Shown: positions 49,701 to 59,398 of the stretch, piece after piece
How the letters are laid out: each line of letters starts with the position of its first letter
How positions within the stretch are numbered: position 1 is the first letter of the stretch
Virus record (IMG/VR): IMGVR_UViG_3300044972_001994
Location: 1 to 60,834 of that record
Source of the DNA: a virus
Taxonomy: Duplodnaviria; Caudoviricetes
Direction: 5' to 3' (one strand)
DNA: 60,834 bases
Position numbers and translations under genes: made by a program
Notes under the pieces: model-generated
Databases searched by the model: none
Told to the model about the DNA's origin: nothing
The model's input: only the letters and a program-made list of their open reading frames with translations

Positions 49701-52700
49701 GGTCTTCTACTTATGGAATAACTCCAACTTCAGAATTTCACAGATACTTTCAATTGATACCAAATCAAGACGATCAGCTTAAGTTTGGTGTTAAATACTA
49801 TGTTAGAAGAGGATCTATTGTGGTTGAAAGAGGAACAGTCAATCAAAGGGTAGTTAATCAAGGAAGTGTTTTTATTTGTTTAGGATCAACATCTTTTCAG
49901 GATCTAAATTTAAATAATCAACCTGCCATAGTTCTTCCTGCTGTTTTTACCCGGATGGGATATGTAAATTCTGTTTCCTACGGATCAACTTCACCTTATA
50001 ACTACGGAACAACTGTTGCTTCAGAGCAAGATCTAAATTCGTTTAATGGGTTCTACGGAATACAAAGTCTCAATCCGTCTGGTAATTTCGACGAGAATGT
50101 TAAAGAAACCTTATTTGAATATGGTAAATTATCTACCGAATATCAATATCTAGAAGAGAATTACACAGTAACAAGAGCAAATAAATCTAGAATAGTTCCT
50201 TATATAAACAAATGGGTTTATAACGGCGGAACCGACGCTAGAGGAAATGCTTATAGGCTAAATGTTAGCCCAGCTTTTACCCCAACTAATTTCTCGCCAG
50301 GATTCCAGCAGGATTTTCCGTCTCCTCAATATTTCACCCACGAGTGGATGCTTCTAGAAGGTGTTCCTAGAGAATTTCCTATTGATGGTATCATTTCCCA
50401 AAATAATTATTTACCATATAAGATAGATTTAGAAAGAGCAAAGAATGCAGATCCTTCAGATGCGGATTACTTCAATTCATATTTCACTGTAGATCCTATC
50501 GATTATCCATCACCATATAATACCGATGTTAATGAAGTAAAAGAATTCTTTACCCCCTTTAAGTATAATAGTGTAACTGGTTTTTATGATACGATTTTCA
50601 GAGGGATTAAAATTTCTCTGAAAAGAAGAAGTACTTTACCTGATCCAAAAAATGATCTAGAAAAATTTGTTCCTAACTTTAGGGGTTTCCAAGATTATAA
50701 ATTTTCTTCTATTCTGAGGGTTATTCCAGAAGATCCATCAATTATACAATCTCCAGTTAGATATGAGGTTATTGAAAATGTAACTCAAAAATCTATTCTA
50801 TTTGTTACTTATGCAGTGATCAAAGATTACAGAGCCCTTCCGATAGGATATACCGGAGGTACTGGAGGAGATCCTTATTTGGATTATCTTCTCATGTATT
50901 CACTAAGCGGTAAAAAGAAAAAGACGGACGTTGGAATTACAGGAAACCCAGGCCCAACTGGATCACCTTTGTATGCTATCGATGATATAAAATTGAGTGC
51001 AGCATTAGATCTTTCTTTTTCCTCTAATAGTAATTGCGGTCAATCTGTAGATGGTCAAATTTACATCATCCCAAATCCTGAGTATGATACAGATCTAAGA
51101 GAAGAAATAAATTTATACTATCCCTCAGGATCTACCGGAATCGCAGGATTTGGAACATTAGGAACTACTGGAACTTTTAAAGTTCTTGCAGGTTCTTCTT
51201 CTTATTCTTACTATCCTTGGCCTACCGGAAGATCACAGAATGTGGTTAATTTTGGACCTACTAATCCAAGCAATTATTATTTCGATATTCCTTTTTCTCC
51301 AACTTATCCTGGACCAACTTTAAATATTCCTCTAGCTTCTCAAGGAGCTTATAAGGGTAAACCAGTTGTACAGATTGAAGGAGGAGAAAATTATTTTGAT
51401 TTTATTCTAAAAAGATTATCCCTGTCTTACATAGCTAATCAAGTAAATACAGAAAGTTCTTATATTACTTATACAACTTACGACTGGAATAAAACAACAC
51501 AGGAAACAGTATCAATTTCGGATTACTTTGATCTTTCTTTTGTTCAGCCAACTGCTATTAAAAAACCTACTGGAACAACTCCAGTGAAGAGCTATTCGGG
51601 TCCACAGACCTTAGGACAAAATCAACCTACTGGATATGATATTATCAACGGTGGAATTTCTCTATCTGCTGATATTCTAAGATATTCCGGAGGATATGAA
51701 CCTGCATTTAAGAAATCTATCATGTATAAAAATGACAAGATAGATACAATTACAGGAGCTACTGGAATCGATCTTAGCTACAGAAACTGCACATTTGCAC
51801 CTGAGAAGATAGGATTTGGGTTAATTGACAATCTTAGTTACACTAAGGTCTCCCTGGGTAAAAATATTCTTAGCGCATCGCAAAATCTTGCACAGGGATC
51901 TGTTTATCCATTAATTGGAGAAACCCCAATCGAGAAAAAGAATTTCCCTATTTTCTCTTCGACTTGGGATCCTGGATATTACAATCTTTACACCAGCAGC
52001 GTGGATCAAACTCCAGTTGCGGGAACTAGAGCCATGCTAGAATATAAGACTTTCATGGGATCTAAAATGATGCAAACTCCCGGAACTATTAGCACTTACA
52101 CTTTTATAGCTTTGGAAATTTCCAAAACAGAAGGGACTTCAGATCCGCAAGTTATAAATTTAGAAGCTCAATCTGCAACCTCAACTATCCAGTCAATGAC
52201 CCCTTCCCAGTCAAACACAGGGATAGGTCAATTGGGTCCTGCTCTCTCAGGGGTGGATCTTTCTAAATTAGACGAGAGCATTTATCCTGATATTGAGGTA
52301 TTCTGGCAAAAAGACCCCGTTGCTAATCTTGTGTATGGTGTGATTAGATTAGATCGAATTCTAAGAAGATATATTCTGAATTCTGGAATAAGCTCTGTTT
52401 TTATCAATAATATAATTACCGAATATGGAGTTGGTAATCCTAATGACATCCAGGATGACATCAAAACTTACATAGACCAGAATATAGTTCCGATCTACGA
52501 AGGGAAACAACTAAATCTTTCTGTTCTAAAAAGAGGACAGCCTTTAACTTCTACCCAAATTTTAGTAAGAGGGGATTTAATTAATCCGGACAAAATTAAA
52601 TATGGATATGTTCCACAGCCTAATTTTAAGCTAACTCAAAGAACATCTTTGACCTATGAGTTTGAATACGCTTTAGATGTAAACCAGAACTACTCTCTGA

Positions 52701-52729
52701 CCTTTAATTTTGAGATTGGAAAAATATAA
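46799..52729 (+). CDS. Very large putative baseplate/tail structural protein
   Basis: 1976 aa; FCCH-like module shared with the 29648 gene, a CBM5/12-like motif, and many GxTG motifs. Confidence 0.6.
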   Translation: MTTEKLFDYNSSFGVLRTNPKLTGNLKLTLDSTGGIWLNSMDVNPTLSLQKYKKFSVTGQNTYAKDVHNFFDEGNTPNDIVFQVGNFTNGARQPADTFSSQYDFFYASGASTLVDKNYPENFRYFQPLWIRDVIPDYFVIFKVPNPISYPYPANVDTIANGSQYKVIASPDSTEPFIIQYWNNETSSFQNYADGEFFNGNSIYSTYTIVQGSGSVTLMDELKNYADVNNVEQFFNSKILPNAQAIATFDLRSKTNIGRYIRSIVANPGFNPNPFDFSLQSNTYSYYNGISIKNGVYTQKGEFLNSYLTSPNSSSQIDFEEYITDGFSRNGIICPNLLNMEFLFDDPDADLYSINRYFGFYVSRNDVGEFKLNGQYFFDNKNASDNLNLPKPSRNNIGYYYSSTPAFQSSTGGVRLYYQGASGWMPGSEDVNIYDPQKLYYVTDKYDRFYSLSRYENYEKNGAPLSYNPYTNTYSLGDWLNNTPDYLKFGPYYQDVQKITKAYSLLVSGSQYGYVNIVTESNHGLSDNDLVTISGPSQQIEGSWRITIPLGATGNSFQIPTVLSSGPGVVTGSTGFIPGQTSNYIFIGGSTGYTLSGSYYFGTTGSSSIKTGSLVISDTSVNLLDFTGPDEKIGSYIGKIDGQKGKAYTNVTFQKNLDLTLPVTFKIFWPNGSRGELGSKYDLITSGDYAGTLLSWSSGSHYAAGNNYYFNWYQGTTSEVAKAFSGSFSDISTVVWDAGTSDADSIIRVKNPGSKQNLEYQITVFSDYTTFESNYQGVWNNISAYSVGNIVIYNNTYYKSVSAVPQNSFNYNPSPDQSSDWTLYYPFSYPGYVSIAGVDASQISYIQKFQGGTDYSKNRVVFSNLESGNVIPGNWIEVESGKGITGGLSMISSVTRYVDSPIYDNDITSTTGTVTGFSGYKEYLVATLSDDRAVINLGSNSSFNVYSMTNLYTGVFSFFDMKEIDFDFWSSTYGITPTSEFHRYFQLIPNQDDQLKFGVKYYVRRGSIVVERGTVNQRVVNQGSVFICLGSTSFQDLNLNNQPAIVLPAVFTRMGYVNSVSYGSTSPYNYGTTVASEQDLNSFNGFYGIQSLNPSGNFDENVKETLFEYGKLSTEYQYLEENYTVTRANKSRIVPYINKWVYNGGTDARGNAYRLNVSPAFTPTNFSPGFQQDFPSPQYFTHEWMLLEGVPREFPIDGIISQNNYLPYKIDLERAKNADPSDADYFNSYFTVDPIDYPSPYNTDVNEVKEFFTPFKYNSVTGFYDTIFRGIKISLKRRSTLPDPKNDLEKFVPNFRGFQDYKFSSILRVIPEDPSIIQSPVRYEVIENVTQKSILFVTYAVIKDYRALPIGYTGGTGGDPYLDYLLMYSLSGKKKKTDVGITGNPGPTGSPLYAIDDIKLSAALDLSFSSNSNCGQSVDGQIYIIPNPEYDTDLREEINLYYPSGSTGIAGFGTLGTTGTFKVLAGSSSYSYYPWPTGRSQNVVNFGPTNPSNYYFDIPFSPTYPGPTLNIPLASQGAYKGKPVVQIEGGENYFDFILKRLSLSYIANQVNTESSYITYTTYDWNKTTQETVSISDYFDLSFVQPTAIKKPTGTTPVKSYSGPQTLGQNQPTGYDIINGGISLSADILRYSGGYEPAFKKSIMYKNDKIDTITGATGIDLSYRNCTFAPEKIGFGLIDNLSYTKVSLGKNILSASQNLAQGSVYPLIGETPIEKKNFPIFSSTWDPGYYNLYTSSVDQTPVAGTRAMLEYKTFMGSKMMQTPGTISTYTFIALEISKTEGTSDPQVINLEAQSATSTIQSMTPSQSNTGIGQLGPALSGVDLSKLDESIYPDIEVFWQKDPVANLVYGVIRLDRILRRYILNSGISSVFINNIITEYGVGNPNDIQDDIKTYIDQNIVPIYEGKQLNLSVLKRGQPLTSTQILVRGDLINPDKIKYGYVPQPNFKLTQRTSLTYEFEYALDVNQNYSLTFNFEIGKI

Positions 52730-52746
52730 GGGATAAATTCCTTAGG

Positions 52747-52754
52747 AATATATA
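52747..52754 (+). promoter_or_regulatory. Putative late promoter AATATATA
   Basis: Motif variant 16 nt before the ATG at 52771. Confidence 0.55.
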
Positions 52755-52770
52755 GAGAAAGAAGAGAAAA

Positions 52771-54255
52771 ATGCCAAACTTAACCATAATAAATCTTAAC
52801 CCTGGGGATACCCAAGAAGATCTGATCAATAAAATAAATCAGAATTTTGATGCTATCGTTGCAAACGGTGGAGGACCTCAAGGTGCAGACGGAAAACAAG
52901 GGGATCAAGGACCAATAGGACCAGAAGGTCCAATTGGAGATACAGGAGTTCCTGGAGAAAGAGGGACTAGATGGTTCCTTTCTAATATTGCTCCAGAAAC
53001 TCAAACAGGATTCGACGAAGTACTTTTAGTTGGGGATTATTGGGTAAATACAAACCCGTCATTTAATAAAGCAGTTTCTATTTATACAACAAGTGGGTGG
53101 GTATCTACAGGTCAGAGCTTACAAGCTCAAGACGTTTTTACAACTTTAACTGGAATAACTGGCCCGTCAAATGCATCTTTGAAAAATGCAATAGTACAGT
53201 CTTCTTCTACTCCTGGGAATAATACTTTTGTTTTGAGCGACGATAGAGTTATTCCTGCTACTGCAAATCCAACATATTCTAAATTTTTAATTGCTACTAA
53301 TGCATCTAATGGATTTCCTTTATTAGAATTTGCAAAAAGTAATTTAATGGATCAAGATACCGCTCTTCCTTCTGATTATAATAGACATCCTTATTTTGAT
53401 TGGAAAAATCCATCCTCTACAGATTACGCTATTAGATTTGTGTCACCTTCAGATTCCCTAGACATAATAGCTGGTAAAAATTTAAATCTTCAAAGTACCA
53501 ACGGAGACATTACAGTTTCCGGAATTTCTTCAAGTTTAACTGCTAATACGTCCATGAGTTTTACGACTTCTGGATTGATGAATCTAAATTCTGGAACTTC
53601 AAATCTTTTGGTAAATTCTAATCAATTGGTTTTAAATGGAGCGTCTGCTGTATTTAATATCCCTATCACCATTAATGGATCTTTTTCTGGTTCATCCATG
53701 GCTTCTTTTGTAAATACAAGCACAGGAGGAGGAATTAGTGTTAATTTAACAGGAACTGCTTCAACCAGTAGATTCTTGGCTAATTTTTCTACGGCTTCTT
53801 CTAGTAAATTTTCTGTTAGATCAGACGGAAAAATAAAATTCGATAAAACCCTCTATGCTTATTCTACAAATACTAGGGGAGGGACTGGAGATTATCAGGT
53901 AAGCAATAAGTTTTATAATTTAGTTGGCCCCAGCGTTATTACAAACGGTAATATTGCAATGGTTAGTTTTTTAGGAAATGGAGCTACGGGGGCAGGAATT
54001 GCTATTCCCCTGATGCCTGGTCCTACCGGATTTTCAGATCTTATAGGAGTTGGGGAATCTTATCAAATGAATGTTTTTAGTTCTTCTACTGCTAATACTC
54101 TCTCTGGAATTTCATTGACTACAAACGGAACAACTTCTCTAACCGCAGGAACTTTTACTGCAACTTCATCGGTTTCAATAAACATTGTTAGATTAGCCAG
54201 TTCTTGGATAGTTTACTATGATACACCTTCAGTTTCAGGAATTCTTACCGCATAA
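52771..54255 (+). CDS. Collagen-containing tail fibre protein
   Basis: KINQNF anchor, 11 Gly-X-Y triplets (52873-52971), RGTRWF..GDYWV fibre motif. Confidence 0.75.
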   Translation: MPNLTIINLNPGDTQEDLINKINQNFDAIVANGGGPQGADGKQGDQGPIGPEGPIGDTGVPGERGTRWFLSNIAPETQTGFDEVLLVGDYWVNTNPSFNKAVSIYTTSGWVSTGQSLQAQDVFTTLTGITGPSNASLKNAIVQSSSTPGNNTFVLSDDRVIPATANPTYSKFLIATNASNGFPLLEFAKSNLMDQDTALPSDYNRHPYFDWKNPSSTDYAIRFVSPSDSLDIIAGKNLNLQSTNGDITVSGISSSLTANTSMSFTTSGLMNLNSGTSNLLVNSNQLVLNGASAVFNIPITINGSFSGSSMASFVNTSTGGGISVNLTGTASTSRFLANFSTASSSKFSVRSDGKIKFDKTLYAYSTNTRGGTGDYQVSNKFYNLVGPSVITNGNIAMVSFLGNGATGAGIAIPLMPGPTGFSDLIGVGESYQMNVFSSSTANTLSGISLTTNGTTSLTAGTFTATSSVSINIVRLASSWIVYYDTPSVSGILTA

Positions 54256-54257
54256 AA

Positions 54258-55967
54258 ATGAACTTTAATACCAACTACATACTTCCGGGAGACGATAAAA
54301 ATCAAATAATAGCAAAGACTAATTATAATTTTTCTCAGATCCTTTCTAATTCTACTGGATTACCTGGAGAATTTGGACCCATTGGTTCCACCGGTATCGT
54401 AGGACAAGTGGGAAGAGATGGACTACCCGGAGCAACAGGCCAGAGGGCTACTAATTGGTATTTTCAAGAAAATGCCCCTTATGTCTCACTACCTGCTAAC
54501 GAAAGACCTCTTATATTTGGAGATATTTGGATCGATTCATCGCCTTCAGGAAACCAACCAATATATACCTACAATGGATCATCTTGGGTAAGTACCCCAT
54601 ATAACTTCATATCCGAAGGAGTTTTTACTGTTGTGTCTGGAATAAGTGGCCCAGGAGAAGTAAATGAAAATAATGCAATAGTTATTGGACCGACTGCTTT
54701 GGTAAATCAGCCAATTACAACTTTTGTATTTAGTGATTCTCTTGTCAATGTAAATAATGCAAATCCAACTTATTCAAAGGTTTTAGTCTCAACCGATGCT
54801 TCTTTAACTGCTTCACTTCCAATATTCTCTTTTGATAAGACTTTTTATCAATCTTCAAATCTACCTTCTTTTAGATGGGGAAGTACAGGGTCTGATTATA
54901 ATATTCAATTCTCTTCCGATGATGCCATTGCTATTCAGTCTCAAGCAACTGGAACTTATAGTTCTACAGGTGGAACTGTTTCCTTGATAGGAAATAATGT
55001 TGGATTTTCTTCTAATACCGCTACCATTACTGGAACGGGGGGAATCAACATAAATTCCTCTTCGATAGGTTTTCTTGGAAGAAACATTTCCCTAAATAAT
55101 AGTAGAGCAGAATTTAGAGAAAATAGTGGAGGATTTAGCTTAAGCACTACAAGTTCTTCCAACGCTTTAACTGTAAATTCAGATTTAAAAGATTCCCAAA
55201 CAGCGCTTTCCTATACTGGAGTATCTAATTCAGGAGCTCTTAATCTCTCCATGGGAGGGAATTCTCTATTTAGAGTTACTGGTGGATCTAATTATTCAAA
55301 TATTGGAATTGGATTTACAGGGGCAACCGGAATAACCGGAGGAACCGGAGCTTTCGTAGTTAAATCTTATCAGAATATTACAGATACAGTTTCTTCAACG
55401 GTAAGCGTTATAGCTACAAGAAGGATTGCTGGATTTACTGTGACCACACTCTTATTAAATCCAGCAATTACGATTGTTCCCGATGGAGATGTTATTGTAG
55501 TAACCCCAAATCCTTCTAGATCAATTGAATCTGATTTTAGAGCAAATAGAATTTGGCTTAATGTAACCGGATTTAAAAATCCGTATGTTGAAGCTGGAAA
55601 CGTTTCCGTGGTTGATATTTACATGAATTCGTCGTCTTATTCTATAGGAGGTGTTTATATAAATACTAATATTTCCTCTCTCAATAATGCCAATAAAATA
55701 AAAATAATAGATTCAGCGGGAAATTCACCTACAACTACTCTCCCTTCCGCTACTGGAGGATGTAGACATGTGAGATTAACCTACTTTGGATCTCCTTTCA
55801 ATTCAACATCTAATAAATTAGTTTATCTGCAAGCTTTCTCTTCTGGAAATAACACATCAACTTTATTGAATTATGAATACAATCTAGGAACTGGTATAGG
55901 AACTGCCGATCAAATTAACCAAACTGTTGACCCTAGTAGGCTTGGAGGAATTTCCCCTGTTCAGTAA
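54258..55967 (+). CDS. Collagen-containing tail fibre protein, paralog of the upstream gene
   Basis: KTNYNF anchor, 10 Gly-X-Y triplets (54357-54446), shared ANPTYSK and DYxIxF blocks. Confidence 0.75.
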   Translation: MNFNTNYILPGDDKNQIIAKTNYNFSQILSNSTGLPGEFGPIGSTGIVGQVGRDGLPGATGQRATNWYFQENAPYVSLPANERPLIFGDIWIDSSPSGNQPIYTYNGSSWVSTPYNFISEGVFTVVSGISGPGEVNENNAIVIGPTALVNQPITTFVFSDSLVNVNNANPTYSKVLVSTDASLTASLPIFSFDKTFYQSSNLPSFRWGSTGSDYNIQFSSDDAIAIQSQATGTYSSTGGTVSLIGNNVGFSSNTATITGTGGININSSSIGFLGRNISLNNSRAEFRENSGGFSLSTTSSSNALTVNSDLKDSQTALSYTGVSNSGALNLSMGGNSLFRVTGGSNYSNIGIGFTGATGITGGTGAFVVKSYQNITDTVSSTVSVIATRRIAGFTVTTLLLNPAITIVPDGDVIVVTPNPSRSIESDFRANRIWLNVTGFKNPYVEAGNVSVVDIYMNSSSYSIGGVYINTNISSLNNANKIKIIDSAGNSPTTTLPSATGGCRHVRLTYFGSPFNSTSNKLVYLQAFSSGNNTSTLLNYEYNLGTGIGTADQINQTVDPSRLGGISPVQ

Positions 55968-55991
55968 AAGAATATTTTAAGAATTTTAAGG

Positions 55992-55999
55992 TATAAATA
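55992..55999 (+). promoter_or_regulatory. TATAAATA (exact T4 late-promoter consensus), with GATAAATA at 56006-56013
   Basis: Intergenic, upstream of 56015. Confidence 0.45.
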
Positions 56000-56014
56000 G
56001 AGTCAGATAAATAT

Positions 56015-56281
56015 ATGAATAAGAATTTAACAATCAAAGAAGAAAAAAAAGCTAGAAATTTAAAGACTGAATTCACCTCAGTTCATTCTCAAATTCAAGG
56101 AATCCAAATTGAAATGGAATTTCTCCAGAAGAGAGCAAAAGAATTGATAGATCAGTTAGAAAATCTAAGAGCAGAAGAATCAACCTTTGCTAAATCGCTA
56201 GAAGAAAAATATGGGGAAGGAAAACTAAACCCATTCACATTAATATACGAACAAAAAGAAGAAGAAAATGCAAACAACTAA
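56015..56281 (+). CDS. Small coiled-coil protein (possible fibre chaperone or lysis accessory)
   Basis: Heptad helix ending LEEKYGEGKLN. Confidence 0.6.
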   Translation: MNKNLTIKEEKKARNLKTEFTSVHSQIQGIQIEMEFLQKRAKELIDQLENLRAEESTFAKSLEEKYGEGKLNPFTLIYEQKEEENANN

Positions 56282-56867
56282 AAAAATATTTCCTTACATT
56301 ATTATTGCAATTTTAGCTGTAATAATATTTTATCAAAAAGGATGTTCAGGTAAAAAAACCCCAGGATCTACCGTTAATATAGGTGGAACTGATTATGAAG
56401 TTCTTAAACACGAGATTGATACTTTCTATCAGATTGATACACAGAGATTCTATAGAAAAGGCAAAGACATAGTTAAAATAGTTGAGGTAGTGAAAGAAAT
56501 TCCTGCCGATATAGATACTCTAAATATTCTAAAGGATTATTATGCAAGAGTATTTTATAAAGACACTTTCAAGCTAAAAGATTCTTTAGGTTATATTGTT
56601 ATCAACGACACAATCACTACCAATAGAATATTCGCTAGAGGTTTTACCTCTTATGTAAATATTCCAACTATTAGAGAAACAATCTACCTAAAAGAATTGG
56701 AGAACACATTATTTTTTGGACCTGCTATTCAGCTAGGAAAAATCCCTTCTTTTGGAGGAGATCTTCATCTTAAAACTAAAAAAGATATGCTTCTCGGATT
56801 TGGACTTGGATTTAATCTAAATGCATCCCCTTATTTCAGAGGATCGATTGGATGGAAAATAAAATAA
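56268..56867 (+). CDS. Membrane-anchored protein with C-terminal amphipathic beta-strands (spanin-like candidate)
   Basis: N-terminal hydrophobic helix (IFPYIIIAILAVIIFY) plus KGC; DT-rich stalk; C-terminus GFGLGF..PYFRGSIGWKIK. Confidence 0.55.
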   Translation: MQTTKKIFPYIIIAILAVIIFYQKGCSGKKTPGSTVNIGGTDYEVLKHEIDTFYQIDTQRFYRKGKDIVKIVEVVKEIPADIDTLNILKDYYARVFYKDTFKLKDSLGYIVINDTITTNRIFARGFTSYVNIPTIRETIYLKELENTLFFGPAIQLGKIPSFGGDLHLKTKKDMLLGFGLGFNLNASPYFRGSIGWKIK

Positions 56868-56876
56868 AATAGTTTA

Positions 56877-59384
56877 ATGGCATATTCTAGCACTTCTAAA
56901 TACGTTCAGTTAACTCCATACTTGGTGATGGAGTACCTGTATGCGGATCAACCAGATCCAGAAACCTATCCGGTTAATACGGGATCAACTACTGTTGCCT
57001 ATGATAAATTAATCAATGGTATTATAAAAGGTGCTGGGTCAACTGCTTCTAATGATGTTCAGATTTTTAACCAAAGTCAGGATTATTCTATAACTGCTAA
57101 CACATCTCTTAATAGTGTTGTTAAAGTTACAGATAACAGTTACATAACTTTGGACCCAAACTATATCGTTCCTTATAACGATTTTAATCCCAATTTAACT
57201 TCAACCGCAGATCTACCAGTTACTTTCTCCAGTAATATTTTTCTAACCTATGATTCTGTTAGATATCATATTTTAGCTGGTTATAATCTGGGAAATATAG
57301 ACGGGCTAATACTTGGGATAGATTTTCTAGATGTTGATGGATCTTACGTTACTTTCTCTCAGATTTTCTTGAACAACGGATTTTCAGATCAATACACTCT
57401 AAATCCAAGTCCGTTGATGATAGGAATAAATTCTTATGACAAGTATTTTGAAATTAAAATTCCAAGTCTTCTTTTTTTAAATAATCAATATATTTCTTCT
57501 GCAAATCCATCTCTAACTGCAGCTGCTCTATTTAGCAAAAGCGGAAGAGGATTCGTAATTGGATCTCCGATGAGAATTAGAGCATACGAGGTTTTAAATA
57601 CAACTCTAACTTCTGGATATGAAACTTATGGGGCTAATCTAATTGCAACCCTTTCTCTAGAATCTGAAGACCCATTTACAAACATCGGAGCTCAGATTGC
57701 TCCTGCTGATACTGGGGACTTCTTTGAATTCTTTGCAACTGATAATGATGGATTTATAGAAAATTTTATTCTTTTTCAAAACTCTATAGGTAATGCTTAT
57801 TATATCCAAAACAATATAGAAGTAATAGAACAAATTGGAACATCTTTTATTCAAACTGCTAATTTCTTTACAATCCAAACTACTGCATACGATATTCCTA
57901 ATCTTTACAGACCGATCATCAGAAATGCCGGTGTGGCATCTTCATTTACACTAAGGTATACGATGACTTTAGTTAATTCCACAGATCAATCAAGAGTTAC
58001 AAGAATAGCTTCGTACACGTCAACTAATGCAGCTAAATATGGGTCTTTTATAGCCCCATTGCAATTACAAACCCTTCCTCAAGTACAGAAGATTTACAAT
58101 AAACTTGCTACTGCTACTAACATCGCAGTTCCAAACTCTAGTACCTCACCGAAGGTGGTAGTTAAATACAGCAATGTGTTTTTTGAAAGAGGTCTTGTGA
58201 ATACCACTTTGACAAATCTAGTGGTGAAAGGAAACGAAATAACTACCGCAGCTGGGCAATCTTCACAGAATGAAATAGCCTATGGGCAGGGGAAAGCATA
58301 TATTTTTATTAGCCCTTTTGATAACTATTACAAGTTTACTTTTTATAAACAAGGGACAGATGGAAATACTCAGCTAATAGACTTGGAAGCTTCTGGTACT
58401 TATTACATGGTTTTTATTAACAATAGTAATAAAAAAGTTTCTGCTCCTACTATAGATAATAAAAACATAGCTAATCCGTCCAAGGGAGAACTTGCATTTA
58501 AAGTTACAGAAACTCTTTCTACTGAAATTTTACAGTACACAAATAGAAATTTCTACATTACTAATAGACCTCCTGCAGCATCAGATCCAGATATTATTCA
58601 GGATCAAATTCCTACGGGATCAGCTGCCAAAGATGCTTTGGCTAAAAAATCTACCTCTTTGAATGATTCTTCAAAGGATCTAATTCTAGCAGCCAAGCAA
58701 ATAAATGAGGGTCTACTTACAAATAAGCTTACTGTTTCTGCTAATTCTTCTTCTGTTCTATACTATGGTAATTGGTTGAAGGAAGGTGAAGCTATTCCTT
58801 CAGTTGGTGCAACTGGAGCAACTGGTGCAACTGCAGCTAACACTAATGCTACAGTATTACCAAGTTTAGTCGGCACTGCTATTTCCGGGGCTGACCTCGC
58901 ACTCAATCCAGATCTTATATCTGAAGTTTCGACTGTTTCATCTTGGCAGACCATTGGGCCTACTGTGATAGCATCTTCTGGAGATGAAGTAATTACTTTA
59001 GGTGGTTTAACTAATCCTAACCTTCTTGTTAGTAATTTAAATAGTTCTACCCAATTAGTTTCGACAGGTAAATTAACCCCGGTAGAGCTTCAATCTGCAG
59101 TATCTGCGGATGTTAGAGGCAAGATAGCTTTAAATTGGGCGACTTATGATATAATTTCTTACTTCCTAGATCCTACTCAACCTGGATACAAACTGTACGT
59201 GGGTCTGACAAAGTCAACCTTCACCCAAGCAGTAACTGGAATTTTCGATGATTCTGCTTTGATTATTCTGAACAATTATGGTAATACTGGAAATGGTTTA
59301 ACTAACGGAGGTGCTGGTGCTGTCAAAGGAAGTACCACTGCTCAAACAGGAACAGATAATGGGATGTTCGCTAGACCACAATAA
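56877..59384 (+). CDS. Putative virion structural protein
   Basis: 835 aa beta-rich protein; GATGATGATA motif; lies between tail genes. Confidence 0.55.
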   Translation: MAYSSTSKYVQLTPYLVMEYLYADQPDPETYPVNTGSTTVAYDKLINGIIKGAGSTASNDVQIFNQSQDYSITANTSLNSVVKVTDNSYITLDPNYIVPYNDFNPNLTSTADLPVTFSSNIFLTYDSVRYHILAGYNLGNIDGLILGIDFLDVDGSYVTFSQIFLNNGFSDQYTLNPSPLMIGINSYDKYFEIKIPSLLFLNNQYISSANPSLTAAALFSKSGRGFVIGSPMRIRAYEVLNTTLTSGYETYGANLIATLSLESEDPFTNIGAQIAPADTGDFFEFFATDNDGFIENFILFQNSIGNAYYIQNNIEVIEQIGTSFIQTANFFTIQTTAYDIPNLYRPIIRNAGVASSFTLRYTMTLVNSTDQSRVTRIASYTSTNAAKYGSFIAPLQLQTLPQVQKIYNKLATATNIAVPNSSTSPKVVVKYSNVFFERGLVNTTLTNLVVKGNEITTAAGQSSQNEIAYGQGKAYIFISPFDNYYKFTFYKQGTDGNTQLIDLEASGTYYMVFINNSNKKVSAPTIDNKNIANPSKGELAFKVTETLSTEILQYTNRNFYITNRPPAASDPDIIQDQIPTGSAAKDALAKKSTSLNDSSKDLILAAKQINEGLLTNKLTVSANSSSVLYYGNWLKEGEAIPSVGATGATGATAANTNATVLPSLVGTAISGADLALNPDLISEVSTVSSWQTIGPTVIASSGDEVITLGGLTNPNLLVSNLNSSTQLVSTGKLTPVELQSAVSADVRGKIALNWATYDIISYFLDPTQPGYKLYVGLTKSTFTQAVTGIFDDSALIILNNYGNTGNGLTNGGAGAVKGSTTAQTGTDNGMFARPQ

Positions 59385-59398
59385 ATTGATAACAACAC

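Noticed and set aside
2190-58954. Numerous short antisense or out-of-frame ORFs in the track (e.g. 6011..6472-, 10027..10635-, 16257..16580-, 27802..27987+)
   Set aside because: They are nested in or overlap well-supported genes, have shadow-like composition and no upstream motifs.
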